Virus record (IMG/VR): IMGVR_UViG_3300047496_000204
Span: 74,764-134,526 of that record
Source: a virus
Length of the DNA: 59,763 nucleotides
Reading direction: 5' to 3' (one strand)
Every line of letters begins with the position of its first letter. Positions within the stretch are counted from its first letter, which is position 1. A program made the translations under genes and the position numbers. Below the pieces are notes generated by a model. That model had not been told where the DNA came from, did not search any database, and was given only the letters and a program-made list of their open reading frames with translations. Of this stretch, positions 48,476 through 58,502 are shown piece by piece.

Positions 48476-48904
48476 ATGAGTATTATCGCAAGACGTTTAA
48501 TTGATGATTTTTTCAATTGGGGATTTCAAGAACACTATGCCTTGGAACCTCAAAATACCTGGGAAACTTATTCTGTCAAAGGTTTCCCTCATTATAATAT
48601 AGCTCGTGTTAATGAGCGAAATTATAATATAGAAGTAGCTTTGGCAGGATATTCTGTTGATGATATCAAAGTTGAGCTTGAAAATGATGTTCTTACTATT
48701 ACTGGTAAAAATAAAGAAGTAAGTAATAAATATGCGTATAAAGGTATAACTACACAAGCATTTTCAAGAGACTTTTGTCTTCATCCTGGGGCAGACATTG
48801 GAACTATAAGTTTCGAAAATGGAATATTAACAATTCCAGTGCATGTTCCTGAGATAGAAAATACAAGAAAAACATTACAGATAAAACAAATAAAAACTGA
48901 GTAA
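48476..48904 (+). CDS. Small heat-shock protein Hsp20 (IbpA-like)
   Basis: FPHYNI, IEVALAG, YKGI..FSR.F, ENGILTI. Confidence 0.92.
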   Translation: MSIIARRLIDDFFNWGFQEHYALEPQNTWETYSVKGFPHYNIARVNERNYNIEVALAGYSVDDIKVELENDVLTITGKNKEVSNKYAYKGITTQAFSRDFCLHPGADIGTISFENGILTIPVHVPEIENTRKTLQIKQIKTE

Positions 48905-48911
48905 ATTAACG

Positions 48912-48940
48912 AAAAGGGGGACTAACAATCCCCCTTTTTT
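48912..48940. terminator. Bidirectional intrinsic terminator
   Basis: aaaaggggga-N7-tccccctttttt. Confidence 0.88.
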
Positions 48941-49176
48941 AGTCCAAATATGCCGTATCGTTTTCCAATATCAATCCATTTTCAGAGGCAAGTTCTTTTG
49001 CATATTTGAACGCGACGTGTGGATCACATAGAATCTGTGTCTTGAGGCCACATCGTATTCGCTAATTTCGTATCCCATACCTTGGCAGATTTCAACCGTA
49101 GCCAGCGTTTCCGGTTTCCACATGGATAAACAATTATCCATGTGCTATCAGCATTGAAATAGGGTTCATAAGACAT
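48939..49176 (-). pseudogene. Small gene with two one-base deletions
   Basis: 238 nt; three frames join to MSYEPY..YPCGNRKR/LATVEI..ASRHRF/DPHVAFKYAKELA..YLD. Confidence 0.6.
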
Positions 49177-49232
49177 ATTTCACTTATAACTGATAAAAAT
49201 TAAAAGTCAACCATGTTATGCTAAATACACCT

Positions 49233-51032
49233 ATGAGAAATTTTATTAATGAAGTTGAACAAAAATTAGAAGGTGGTTTTGATTTTGCTGCTTCTCTTAA
49301 AACTATGCTTGGCATAGAAGACAACGAAGTTGAAGAAATTATTGAAAAACTATCGGTAGATGAGTTATCTGATCTTATTGATGCATGTTTGAAGAAAAAT
49401 AAGCAGGTAGCTCGTGAAATTATTGATAACTTAAACGTGGATGAAAAGGAAATTCCGCGAAAAAAATCTCGTAAACATCACCATAAAGAAGAAGAAATTG
49501 AAGAAGAAGTTTCTAGAAATATTGGTGATCCTGTTTCAGTTAATGGAAAAGAAGCAACTATAAAATATCCACAGGCGCCGAATGATACTGTTGGAGTTTT
49601 AATTGATGGAGAATTACAAATGGCTAAAAGTAAAGATGTTAAAAAGGTTAAAGAAGCCATTCTTGGAATGTCTCCTTTACCTGGATTAAATGGAATGCAA
49701 GATGATTCTCAAAACGATGATATTCGTCGTATGAAAGAATTGGCTGGTGTTCGCGATGAAGTTCCGGCTGAAATGCCAGGACAACCTCCTATGGTTCCTC
49801 CAAGTATGGAAGCCCATCCTGACGAGCGTCTTCCATTTCATAATATGGATTTTGATAATTACGAAGAAGATGAAGGCAATTTTGATACTTTTGGCGATGA
49901 TTATCATGAACCCGTATCGGCTGAAACCCCTACGATTCCTATTCCTATGCCATCCGAAACTATTGGCGCGGAAGAAGGCGACTACGCGTCCATAGAAGGG
50001 GCTATCACTGAAATTGAGGATATGATCCCAAATATTAAAATAAGCGAATACAAGGCCCTTGTAGCGCGTTTAAAGGCATTGCTGTCTATGGCTGAAGGTG
50101 CGGGTCGTTCGGCGTTGGCTGAAGCCGCTAAAAAAAAGGGTAGACGTTTAAGAGAAGGTTTCGAAAATGGCGTTTGGGTTGAACCAAACGGTGGCGGTGA
50201 TAATAGTGATGAAGTAGAATATGTAGTTGTTGGTAAAACACCTAAAAACAAATATTATCGCTTAGGAACAGTTGAAAGTTCTGATGCCGATCTATCCAAA
50301 TTCAGTCCAAAATCTAAGGATGATAAAGTCGTTATTATGAGCAGAAGTAATAATGGAAAATTCAGTCTTGTTAAGAATGTAGATGAAAGTGATCGTCTAC
50401 AAAGGTCTGGGAAATTCAAGGTAGGACAGCGCATTGAGGCTGGGAAAAAGGGCACTGAAGACTATGACACAGGCCGCGTGACGAAGGTCGAAGGTGATCA
50501 GATCACCGTGGCATGGGATAGCGGGTCAAAGACGACTCAGCCTTCACGGGCGCTGAAAGTAGATTCAGAGTCACGAAAGGATGCGGCCAATGCGGTAAAA
50601 AAACTAGAACCTAAAAAAGAAGATCGAATTCTTCCAAAGGATGCTCCTAAAAAGGACAAGCCTCGTAGTGATGAACCAACTGGAACCCGTAAGACTTTGA
50701 TGGACTATGTTTTTGAAGCTGATGACGATGGTATGCAGACTATTGGAGCTAATCGCAATGATGCCATAAAAGCATTAAAGATGAGAATGGGACCAAATAT
50801 TTCTGATCAACAAGCCAGTGCGGCATTTGATGGTATGATGAAAGCTGGTACAGTAAAACAAGATGGACCAGCATTTAAAATGCCAACTATGAGCGATGAT
50901 GCACTAAAAACTTCTATGGCTCCTAATACAAATACTCCAAATAATTCTGGTATGTCTAATGGCCCAACAAATTTAGGTACGGACATGAATCAAATCAATC
51001 AAGGTCCAATTCAAACAATTAAGCCACGATAA
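49233..51032 (+). CDS. Acidic head/scaffold-like protein with inserted modules, leader MRNFINEVE
   Basis: Start 5 nt after TAAATA; RRMKELAG motif; many xxE sites; SH3-like insert. Confidence 0.75.
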   Translation: MRNFINEVEQKLEGGFDFAASLKTMLGIEDNEVEEIIEKLSVDELSDLIDACLKKNKQVAREIIDNLNVDEKEIPRKKSRKHHHKEEEIEEEVSRNIGDPVSVNGKEATIKYPQAPNDTVGVLIDGELQMAKSKDVKKVKEAILGMSPLPGLNGMQDDSQNDDIRRMKELAGVRDEVPAEMPGQPPMVPPSMEAHPDERLPFHNMDFDNYEEDEGNFDTFGDDYHEPVSAETPTIPIPMPSETIGAEEGDYASIEGAITEIEDMIPNIKISEYKALVARLKALLSMAEGAGRSALAEAAKKKGRRLREGFENGVWVEPNGGGDNSDEVEYVVVGKTPKNKYYRLGTVESSDADLSKFSPKSKDDKVVIMSRSNNGKFSLVKNVDESDRLQRSGKFKVGQRIEAGKKGTEDYDTGRVTKVEGDQITVAWDSGSKTTQPSRALKVDSESRKDAANAVKKLEPKKEDRILPKDAPKKDKPRSDEPTGTRKTLMDYVFEADDDGMQTIGANRNDAIKALKMRMGPNISDQQASAAFDGMMKAGTVKQDGPAFKMPTMSDDALKTSMAPNTNTPNNSGMSNGPTNLGTDMNQINQGPIQTIKPR

Positions 51033-51036
51033 GAAA

Positions 51037-51456
51037 ATGGATGATGACAAAATTCTACTGGGTGAAACGAGAAGAGAGGCCATAAATCGCTTACAAGAGC
51101 GACTTGGCCCTATGACTTTGCGTCATCTTGCCGAAAAAACCTTTTGGGAATTAGCTAAAAAAGGTATCATCACTAAGAATCAAGACGGTGCTTATTTGAT
51201 TAAAACTATTTCTAATGAAGTACCACTGTTGCGTGAGGCGGCTCTTACTACTATGAGTGCCGAAGATAGCCAAAATAGTAAACAGCAACGTAGCAGAAGT
51301 AATATGCGGCATTTTATGGTTAATAATCAAAATTTTCATCAGGCTAGAATAAGTACCAAATTCCAATCTATAAACCGTCGTCTTGCCTCATTTCTTTCTC
51401 CTGATTTAATGTCTTCTGAAGGATATGATCCTGACCAAGATAATTCACTATGGTAA
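51037..51456 (+). CDS. Late hypothetical protein
   Basis: N-half resembles C-terminal module of 49233 gene (G..R..AI..L..R.GP). Confidence 0.6.
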   Translation: MDDDKILLGETRREAINRLQERLGPMTLRHLAEKTFWELAKKGIITKNQDGAYLIKTISNEVPLLREAALTTMSAEDSQNSKQQRSRSNMRHFMVNNQNFHQARISTKFQSINRRLASFLSPDLMSSEGYDPDQDNSLW

Positions 51457-51478
51457 ATATATTGAAAAGTGAGACGAC

Positions 51479-51706
51479 ATGAGGTTTTATGAAATATCAG
51501 GTGGATTAAGAATTCCAATTTCAGAAGAAGAGCAATCTGTCTTAGATATAATTTCTGATGAAGGCATTCAAAAATCAAAATTAGACGAACGGCAACAAGA
51601 AGTTGCTCGTCTAATGGTAACTCGGGGTCTGCTATTAAGAAGCCGCGATAGTGATGGTAATATTGTATTAAGGTGTAATTCTATGGAAGATATTTGGAGG
51701 ATATAA
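51479..51706 (+). CDS. Conserved small late protein
   Basis: MRFYEI; ISEEE..LDERQ..VAR.MV.RG. Confidence 0.75.
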   Translation: MRFYEISGGLRIPISEEEQSVLDIISDEGIQKSKLDERQQEVARLMVTRGLLLRSRDSDGNIVLRCNSMEDIWRI

Positions 51707-52368
51707 TGGGTAACACATCTCAATTAGAAAAAGATCAAATGGCGGACTTGATACGCATTATCAATGCTGGATCAAGTAATTCTCCAGAAAAGGCGCCAGC
51801 AATGCGTCAAGCTCCTTCTATGGGACCTGGATTAATGTCTGGTCCGGAAGTTGATGCAAAAGCCGATATGAAACGTATCCTGGAAACATTCTATGGCCAA
51901 GGTAGTCCATCTGATAATTTAAAACAGCGTGCTACGGTTGATCGTGAATTACGAGAAGCATTGATTACCGAAGCAACTACAAATGGCACTAAAATGGGGA
52001 GTTGGGAAATTGTTACTCAACAAGATGACAATGGCTTAAAAAGTTTTGATATCGTTAACGTTCACACCAACGAAGCCATTGCTACTGATCTCAGCCTGTA
52101 TGATGCAGCTTTTGGTATAGTTCGAACCCTTAACGAAGGTGGCGCGATCAATAGCCCGAAGGTGCGAGATATTCTCGTGACCGAGGCGGAATATGCTCGT
52201 ATGCGTCAAAACGCAGCAAATTTTAGAGATCGCGTTAAACAATATTCCAAAAATGTATTGAACGAAGGCGTAGAAAATAAACTTGAATTAGCAAAATCTC
52301 GCTATTCTGATGCTCTTTCACGAGCAAAAATGGCTCGATCCCGAATTGAGAAATTAGTTAAAGGCTAA
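51706..52368 (+). CDS. Conserved late hypothetical protein
   Basis: GGAGG SD; MKRILE, DLSLYDAA. Confidence 0.75.
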   Translation: MGNTSQLEKDQMADLIRIINAGSSNSPEKAPAMRQAPSMGPGLMSGPEVDAKADMKRILETFYGQGSPSDNLKQRATVDRELREALITEATTNGTKMGSWEIVTQQDDNGLKSFDIVNVHTNEAIATDLSLYDAAFGIVRTLNEGGAINSPKVRDILVTEAEYARMRQNAANFRDRVKQYSKNVLNEGVENKLELAKSRYSDALSRAKMARSRIEKLVKG

Positions 52369-52549
52369 TTAATTTGCGAACTTTCTCTTCAAAATTTGGA
52401 TAGCTTCATCTGGTGATGCTTCAAGCAATTTTTCTATGCCATAACACATCATGAAATAACAGGAATACTCTTGATCTAATTCCATTGCCGTAGCAAAATG
52501 ATATTGAATCGGATGAGCGCCGTGGACCCAAACAACAAACTCCTCGGAG

Positions 52550-52762
52550 GGTTGAGGAGTTCGCCCACGGTGGACTGGGGCGTGTAGGCTATAGCCTCGC
52601 GGAGGGTGGAGTCTTCGTTGGGGCGGCCAAAGAACCAGCGGCGGCGGCCGAGGGGGTGTCGAGGTATTGGTGGGTTAGGAGTTGGGCTTTGACCCAGTCA
52701 TGCCAGCGACGAATGGCGGGGAAAGCGTTGTAATAACGAGATTGGAAATCCTCAACAATCTT
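52550..52762 (-). pseudogene. Fragment of a family A DNA polymerase gene with a one-base deletion
   Basis: RYYNAFPAIRRW...YLDTP/LGRRRWFFGR...REAIAYTPQSTVGELLN across two frames. Confidence 0.75.
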
Positions 52763-53126
52763 TCCGGGGAGTCGCCTCGGAAGGTGGGGCGGGGAGGGGG
52801 CGCCAGTGGGTGGGGGCATGATCCCCGTAACCAGAAAAGGGCTCCTCGTAATGCCACCTGCCACGGCTGCCATAATCAAACGAAACCCACTTACCCACCA
52901 CAAGTTTGAAAAAAATGTCCCGCGCGTAGGGTTTGCATTCAATACAAAGCAGAACATCGACGCCACTTGCCTTCACCAAATCCGGCGCGCTCTCAATCGG
53001 CCGCCACTCCCTCGCCGCAGCGAGTTCGGCGCGGAGGGAGGCGGCGGACTTGGCGAGGGTTAGGAGGGCGCGGTCGGCGAAGGCCAGGCGTTCCTCCGCC
53101 CTCGCGATTGCTTCATCGTCGGTCAT
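52752..53126 (-). CDS. DUF551-like phage protein
   Basis: WRPIESAP ... PTHWRPLPAPP. Confidence 0.8.
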   Translation of the reverse strand: MTDDEAIARAEERLAFADRALLTLAKSAASLRAELAAAREWRPIESAPDLVKASGVDVLLCIECKPYARDIFFKLVVGKWVSFDYGSRGRWHYEEPFSGYGDHAPTHWRPLPAPPSEATPRKDC

Positions 53127-53350
53127 GGTTCCCTCCTGGGTTCGGTGTGGGGGTTGGTGACTACGGCATCCAAAATTTCTTCGGCTTCGTAGTCATAATA
53201 TCCAGCACCGCATGAATTGCAAACATATACAGGAATTGTGGCCTCAAGTTCAACCGCAGTTTCCCCACTTCCATAGGGAAACTTATGGACCACGATTTGA
53301 CGTTCGCAAACACCAGTTTCGCAATCGATACAAGCGGTCATATCAAGCAT
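53123..53350 (-). CDS. YgiT/MqsA-type zinc-finger protein (no HTH)
   Basis: CIDC...IPVYVCNSCG..YY. Confidence 0.75.
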   Translation of the reverse strand: MLDMTACIDCETGVCERQIVVHKFPYGSGETAVELEATIPVYVCNSCGAGYYDYEAEEILDAVVTNPHTEPRREP

Positions 53351-53364
53351 GATGTTTTTTCTCC

Positions 53365-53778
53365 TTAATTAAGAATACCGCCAATAATTTCCCTGGCCTT
53401 ACGCAGATTGAGAACGGCTCCTTGCTGAAAATCTTGGTGCATACCAGAATAAAGATAAGGATCATGGACGGCGCCGAGCACGAATTTCATATTATTTCGA
53501 ACAAAATTGCGCTGGCCAGATGCACCAAAATCGACATTGAATTCGCCGCGCCCCTTGCGGTCAAAAACCGGTAGACATGTGATTCTCGAAAAAAGATCGT
53601 AAAGATGCATAAGTTCTTCTTCGAGTTGAATCATTGTGGTTCGATAAAATCCAGGAACCCGCTCTCCGCGATAACGAAATGTTTCTTCAACAGAAAGAAG
53701 TTGGAGAATGGTGGAAACGGTTATTTCCACTGAATCGGTGAAACCGTTTACGGTCGTAAACTTCATAAGTTCGGTCAT
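53365..53778 (-). CDS. Early hypothetical protein
   Basis: TTGACA..TGCTATCTT promoter upstream; SD. Confidence 0.65.
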   Translation of the reverse strand: MTELMKFTTVNGFTDSVEITVSTILQLLSVEETFRYRGERVPGFYRTTMIQLEEELMHLYDLFSRITCLPVFDRKGRGEFNVDFGASGQRNFVRNNMKFVLGAVHDPYLYSGMHQDFQQGAVLNLRKAREIIGGILN

Positions 53779-53849
53779 GTGATTATTTCCTTCTTTAATA
53801 ATACCTAATTTTTATAAATTTAAGATAGCATACATCTATAATCTGTCAA

Positions 53850-54131
53850 TCACTTTGTAAATATTTCTTCTAATGCATCATACATATCTTTTCTCTTACG
53901 AAAAAATTTACATGATGTTGTAGGAATTTTGAGGAAATCTTCTGATGTTGTATTAAAGATGTATCCTTGAACTGTAATGGTCCAACCATCAACTCCACCG
54001 CGCCGAGCCCGACGAATCATTCCAATCGTATTTTCCCCATTATAAATGAGTTTTTGTTCACTTCGTGGGGTAGTAGAAACCAAGGAATAGGTTTCTACTA
54101 CCGGCGGTTTATTTTTCCAATATCCAAACAA
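53850..54131 (-). CDS. Hypothetical protein
   Basis: 93-aa ORF. Confidence 0.5.
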   Translation of the reverse strand: MFGYWKNKPPVVETYSLVSTTPRSEQKLIYNGENTIGMIRRARRGGVDGWTITVQGYIFNTTSEDFLKIPTTSCKFFRKRKDMYDALEEIFTK

Positions 54132-54182
54132 GATTTCACCAAAACTTTTGAATAAAATGTATTACGCTAAAGGCAAAACCGA

Positions 54183-54590
54183 CTATGCAGAAAATCGGTC
54201 TCCACCTTCAAATTCAAAATACCATGTCGAATAAAGTTCGTTCGAATGACGAAGAGCCCGACTAAACGTATTCTGCATGTCCCCAATGAGCGAAAGTTCT
54301 TCTGAATCTACATCAAAATAGCTACGAGACATTTCCATAATCTTGCAGCAAATTTGAATCTCATTGTTTTTAGCGATAATCCTGAACACGTCGCCCTCGT
54401 CGGCATACTTATTAAAATTTTGCAGTTGGCCTTCCCAGATAATTAGAAATCCCATCATCTTATCATTATTACGAGAGGCTTGCTTACACACTCCATCATA
54501 ATGACGACCACTCAAAAGCTTAAGAATGTCAATATGCGCTTGAGTCGGAGAAAAAATGAATTCTGGAATACCTTGGAGCCGCATATGCAT
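54183..54590 (-). CDS. Early hypothetical protein
   Basis: TTGACA promoter ~54625-54651; TAGGAGAAAAATTATG. Confidence 0.7.
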   Translation of the reverse strand: MHMRLQGIPEFIFSPTQAHIDILKLLSGRHYDGVCKQASRNNDKMMGFLIIWEGQLQNFNKYADEGDVFRIIAKNNEIQICCKIMEMSRSYFDVDSEELSLIGDMQNTFSRALRHSNELYSTWYFEFEGGDRFSA

Positions 54591-54711
54591 AATTTTTCTC
54601 CTAATTGCCCGAGTTATGTAAACAAAATAGCACGAAAATAATCCTTGTCAACCAAAAACATGATGCAAGCTGATCTGGATAAATAACTAATATCATTGTT
54701 GCGGAGTATCC

Positions 54712-55005
54712 ATGAATATCCGAGAGGATCGAGAACAAGCCATTAAGAAGGTTATGCCTTTGACCGAGAGACTATCTCGTCAATATGGGCTTACCCTTAA
54801 TTTGAGGGCTGACAACGATCATCTTCGTTCTGTGCTTGAGCATTATGTCGCCAAACGCGAACTAATGCTGAACACTCAGGGTGAGGCCAACGCAATTAAA
54901 AATCCGAACTACTGCAAGGCAGTTCTAATATCAGAGACGGTGCGTCTATTTCTGCGAGAGATTGCTCCAAAAAGATTATCTCGCAGAACAAAAAAGGAAA
55001 AATAA
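54712..55005 (+). CDS. Late hypothetical protein
   Basis: TAAATA and GGAG upstream. Confidence 0.7.
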   Translation: MNIREDREQAIKKVMPLTERLSRQYGLTLNLRADNDHLRSVLEHYVAKRELMLNTQGEANAIKNPNYCKAVLISETVRLFLREIAPKRLSRRTKKEK

Positions 55006-55007
55006 AA

Positions 55008-56810
55008 ATGAAGAAATATGTCACTATCACTTCAAAGAAACCAGACGAAAAAATTGGCAAAGTATTCAATTTGCGTCCATATGATACTGCTAAAGAAGCT
55101 CATAACGCTTGCAAATCACCAGATTGCAATGTCTTTGAAGTAACAGTGGAAGATGTTGATAAAACTGGCAAAGGCAAATGCACCGTCATAAAAAAATTAG
55201 CTAAAAAAGTTGTTAAAGAAAACAAAGCTGTTTCTGGTTTGGCTATTCTTGTAGAAAATGAACTTGAAAAAGCTCAAGTTGTCATTGCGGCTAAAGGTAT
55301 CTTAGACAAACTTCAGAAGATGGCAGAAAGCCTTTCTAAAGTTGAAGCCGATGATATTATGCCAATGCTTGACAGCATGCGTTTGACTTTTGGCCCACAA
55401 ATTACTGATCGTTTCAATGAAGTAGCGACCGCAAAAATTCGTGCGACTATGGACGTAGTTCAAGAAGCTAAGCAAGCGATTACTACTGAAGTTGGTCGTT
55501 TGGAAAGTTCTGTCAATGGTGAACCAACCGATGATCTCAGCATGGGTATGGAACCAGAAGAAGATTTACCGGATATGGGTGATGGAGATATGGACGATGA
55601 CAGCATGGGAATGAGTGATATGGGAATGGGCGATCAGCCAAATGACATGGATACCGGAAATGACATGGCTGCGGATTTAGATGCAGCATTTGATTCTCCT
55701 GCGGCAGATTCGACTTCGGCTGGACGTGCTCGGAAAGAAAGCGTTCAAATGGCCAACATAAAAGCTTTGAAAGAATCAAGAAATCCAGATCGTTTAATTT
55801 TTGAAACTTTCCGTAGAACTCTAAAAGAAAGCAAGAAAGTAGTTGAATCGGCTAAAGCCGTAGCACGCGCCTTTGCTATTGATTATTCTGATGTTGTTGG
55901 AATTATTCGCGAGTTCAAAGAAAATAATGCTATCAGCAAAGACACAAGTTTTACTATAAAGCCTTGTGATGATGAAGAAGGTGTTTTTTGCGTAATTGGA
56001 AACAATTCTAAGTATTGCTATATTAGAGGTTCAAAGAAAGCTTGTGCTGCAAAAGTAGCTGAATTGAAAACTCGCAAGTCTTCTCTTTCTGAAGGTAATA
56101 CTTGGAAGGACAATGAGAAACGTGGGAATGGTTATACCAAAAAACCTTGGGAAAAGGATCGCAAAGAAAAGAAAAAATCAAAGGATCGCGATATTTTAGA
56201 TGAAAGTGTTAATGAATTAAATCGTGAACAAAAAGAATTTTTAGTAAAAGTTTGTAGACATGCTCGTGTACCAAATGTTGATATAAATTCATTGAATTAT
56301 ATTCCTATAAAAACACTCAAAGCTGCTCTTGAAAGATCACGAGAACTGACTCAACCGGGCGTAGTTGATGAAATATTAGATATAATTGACGGAGAAATAG
56401 CCGAAGGTAAAACTTGGAAAGATGATGCTAATCGTGGAAACACACAAAAGAAAAAAGGTTATTTCCAAGCTAAAGGAAGAGAAGAAAAGAATCGTCGTCG
56501 CGAAGAAACTGATGAAGCTTTGACTGATCCTATTAAGCAACGTTTGGCTTCAAAGGAAAAAAGTGCTGATGCTCGTAGAGCTAAGGGATTTAGTGCTATG
56601 GCTGATGCCAAGAAAAAAGTATCTGAATCTAACAGACTCGTTCATTTAGATGTAGCAAGAGGCGGAACATGCAGAACAGAATGCGGAGCAAAAGCTTCGC
56701 AGGATGATGGCACGGCATCCACCGAAATAAACGATATAACATGTAAAAAATGTTTGAGTGGACATGACCTATATATGAAAGACAACTACTATAACAACGA
56801 AACTGAATAA
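55008..56810 (+). CDS. Probable prohead core/scaffold-like protein with appended modules
   Basis: E.E.AQVV.AAK...D..QKM.E core, acidic linker, GRARKE, many xxE sites. Confidence 0.7.
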   Translation: MKKYVTITSKKPDEKIGKVFNLRPYDTAKEAHNACKSPDCNVFEVTVEDVDKTGKGKCTVIKKLAKKVVKENKAVSGLAILVENELEKAQVVIAAKGILDKLQKMAESLSKVEADDIMPMLDSMRLTFGPQITDRFNEVATAKIRATMDVVQEAKQAITTEVGRLESSVNGEPTDDLSMGMEPEEDLPDMGDGDMDDDSMGMSDMGMGDQPNDMDTGNDMAADLDAAFDSPAADSTSAGRARKESVQMANIKALKESRNPDRLIFETFRRTLKESKKVVESAKAVARAFAIDYSDVVGIIREFKENNAISKDTSFTIKPCDDEEGVFCVIGNNSKYCYIRGSKKACAAKVAELKTRKSSLSEGNTWKDNEKRGNGYTKKPWEKDRKEKKKSKDRDILDESVNELNREQKEFLVKVCRHARVPNVDINSLNYIPIKTLKAALERSRELTQPGVVDEILDIIDGEIAEGKTWKDDANRGNTQKKKGYFQAKGREEKNRRREETDEALTDPIKQRLASKEKSADARRAKGFSAMADAKKKVSESNRLVHLDVARGGTCRTECGAKASQDDGTASTEINDITCKKCLSGHDLYMKDNYYNNETE

Positions 56811-56818
56811 GCGTAAAA

Positions 56819-57193
56819 ATGTTGCTTAAAGAATTATTTGACGATGGTTCTCTTGATGTTGAAAACGACATCAAGCAGAATCTCATGGATATCCTGACAC
56901 CTATGGTGGCGGCGCATGTCCCATTTGTGACTATTCAACAAATAATTGACAAGATGAATCAGTTCAATATGGGTATCTCTATCGACCGAAGTTTTATAAT
57001 GAATTTACTTGATCCCGATCAAATTAAAATCATCGATAAAATTGAGGGCGATAGAGTTTATCTAACGAATGAACAATCTCCTGATAGAAGTTTAGGCAAA
57101 GATGACGAAGAACAAGAAGAAGAGCATGTAGAAGATATGGCTAAAAAACAAGCATCAAAAGATTTAAGTAATAAAAACAAGCCGCCTATGTAG
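56819..57193 (+). CDS. Conserved late protein, leader MLLKELF
   Basis: ORF; V.DMAKK.A tail. Confidence 0.7.
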   Translation: MLLKELFDDGSLDVENDIKQNLMDILTPMVAAHVPFVTIQQIIDKMNQFNMGISIDRSFIMNLLDPDQIKIIDKIEGDRVYLTNEQSPDRSLGKDDEEQEEEHVEDMAKKQASKDLSNKNKPPM

Positions 57194-57205
57194 ACAAACG
57201 GTTTG

Positions 57206-57510
57206 TTATTTGCACCATCTGAATAAACGCGAGACAATTTCGGCATGCCCTTGTTCGGCTTCTTCCCAAGTAGTATATCGCTCACATATTTCAATATCTA
57301 AACCAAAAGTCATGGTTTCAAATAATATTGGTTTACCAACTCTAAAACCATGATCCATACCAAGAAAAACCGTAGACACAGTAACTACATTTGCAAAATC
57401 GAATAAATAAAAAATTGTCAGATTTACCTGCCTATAATCTTGGTAAGATTTTAACCATTGGCTCTCGTTATTTTAACAGGCTCATGACCATTCAAAATAT
57501 AGAAGTCCAT
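57206..57510 (-). pseudogene. Phage VSTVFLG/FETM family gene with one-base deletion near 57468
   Basis: MDFYILNGHEPV then shifted frame VSTVFLGMDH..LFETM..RYTTWEEAEQGH; 305 nt. Confidence 0.7.
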
Positions 57511-57588
57511 TTAGTGCTCCGAGAAAGAAATAGAAAATCACGCCAGTTTTTGGTATGTTGGCTGATCATATTAAGGTTATAATATCAA

Positions 57589-58272
57589 GTGTTAATTAAA
57601 AATTTATACGAATATATTTCATTGGATAGAACTACTCATGAAGATGGAACAAGATTTTATATTGATCCTGTATCGAAGGAACCGTTACCTTCGGTCACGA
57701 CGATTTTGAGTGCAACAGCCGATAAAAAATTCCTCAAAGAGTGGCAAGATAGGGTAGGTTTAAAGAAAGCTGATGCTATCAGAGACGAAGCCGCTGCCCT
57801 TGGAACGTTGATGCACACTCATTTAGAGTGTCATATACAAGAGATAGAACGACCCAAAGGAAATAATCTTATTCGTCAGATGGCATCGAGGATGGCTGAC
57901 GTAATTATAGAAAAAGGGTTGAAGGATGTAAGTGAGGTATGGGGATTTGAGATTCCATTATATTATAGTGGTCTTGCGGCTGGAACTTGTGATATGGTAG
58001 GAAAATATCGTGGAAATGGTGCTATTTTTGATTATAAATCTACAAGAAAAATGAAAACCAGAGAACAAATACAGGATTACTACACCCAGATAGCAGCTTA
58101 TTCTATTTTTCATGATTATTTATATAATACTAATATTGAAACTGGTGTAATTTTTATGGTTGATAGAGCTTTAAACTATAAAACTTTTGTAATTGAGGGT
58201 AAAGAGTTTAAACATCATAAATTTCAATTTCTTACTCGCTTAGAAATTTTTCTTTCCAATAAGCAAGTTTAG
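57589..58272 (+). CDS. PD-(D/E)xK exonuclease
   Basis: LPSVTTIL, GTLMH, E, AGTCD, DYKS, QIAAY. Confidence 0.88.
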   Translation: MLIKNLYEYISLDRTTHEDGTRFYIDPVSKEPLPSVTTILSATADKKFLKEWQDRVGLKKADAIRDEAAALGTLMHTHLECHIQEIERPKGNNLIRQMASRMADVIIEKGLKDVSEVWGFEIPLYYSGLAAGTCDMVGKYRGNGAIFDYKSTRKMKTREQIQDYYTQIAAYSIFHDYLYNTNIETGVIFMVDRALNYKTFVIEGKEFKHHKFQFLTRLEIFLSNKQV

Positions 58273-58500
58273 CTAATCTTCTTTTTCTAAAAGTTCGCGC
58301 GCCTTCTCTACTCCGTAAATTTCTTCATATGTTTTACCTTTCGTTGGTTGCTTTCTATTTTTTAATTTTGACCTTAAATCTTTCGCCTTGTCAACTCCAT
58401 AGAATTCCTCATATGTCTTGCCTTTTCTGGTAGAAATTCTTCCAATAGAAGATTTGGATATTTTTTCTCTAGTTTCTTCAGAAATAGGAGATAAATACAA
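58273..58500 (-). pseudogene. NUMOD3-like homing endonuclease remnant
   Basis: SEETREKIS and KGKTYEE.YG repeats without a nuclease domain. Confidence 0.55.
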
Positions 58501-58502
58501 AC

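Larger units (their letters stand above)
52540..53160. mobile_element. GC-rich foreign insert
   Basis: Visibly G/C-rich versus AT-rich flanks; holds PolA fragment and DUF551-like gene. Confidence 0.7.

Noticed and set aside
52589-52966. 125-aa ORF as a real gene
   Set aside because: Chimera of an off-frame DUF551-like sequence and the PolA fragment
57589-58272. Cas4
   Set aside because: Lacks the four-Cys Fe-S cluster; fits a phage exonuclease
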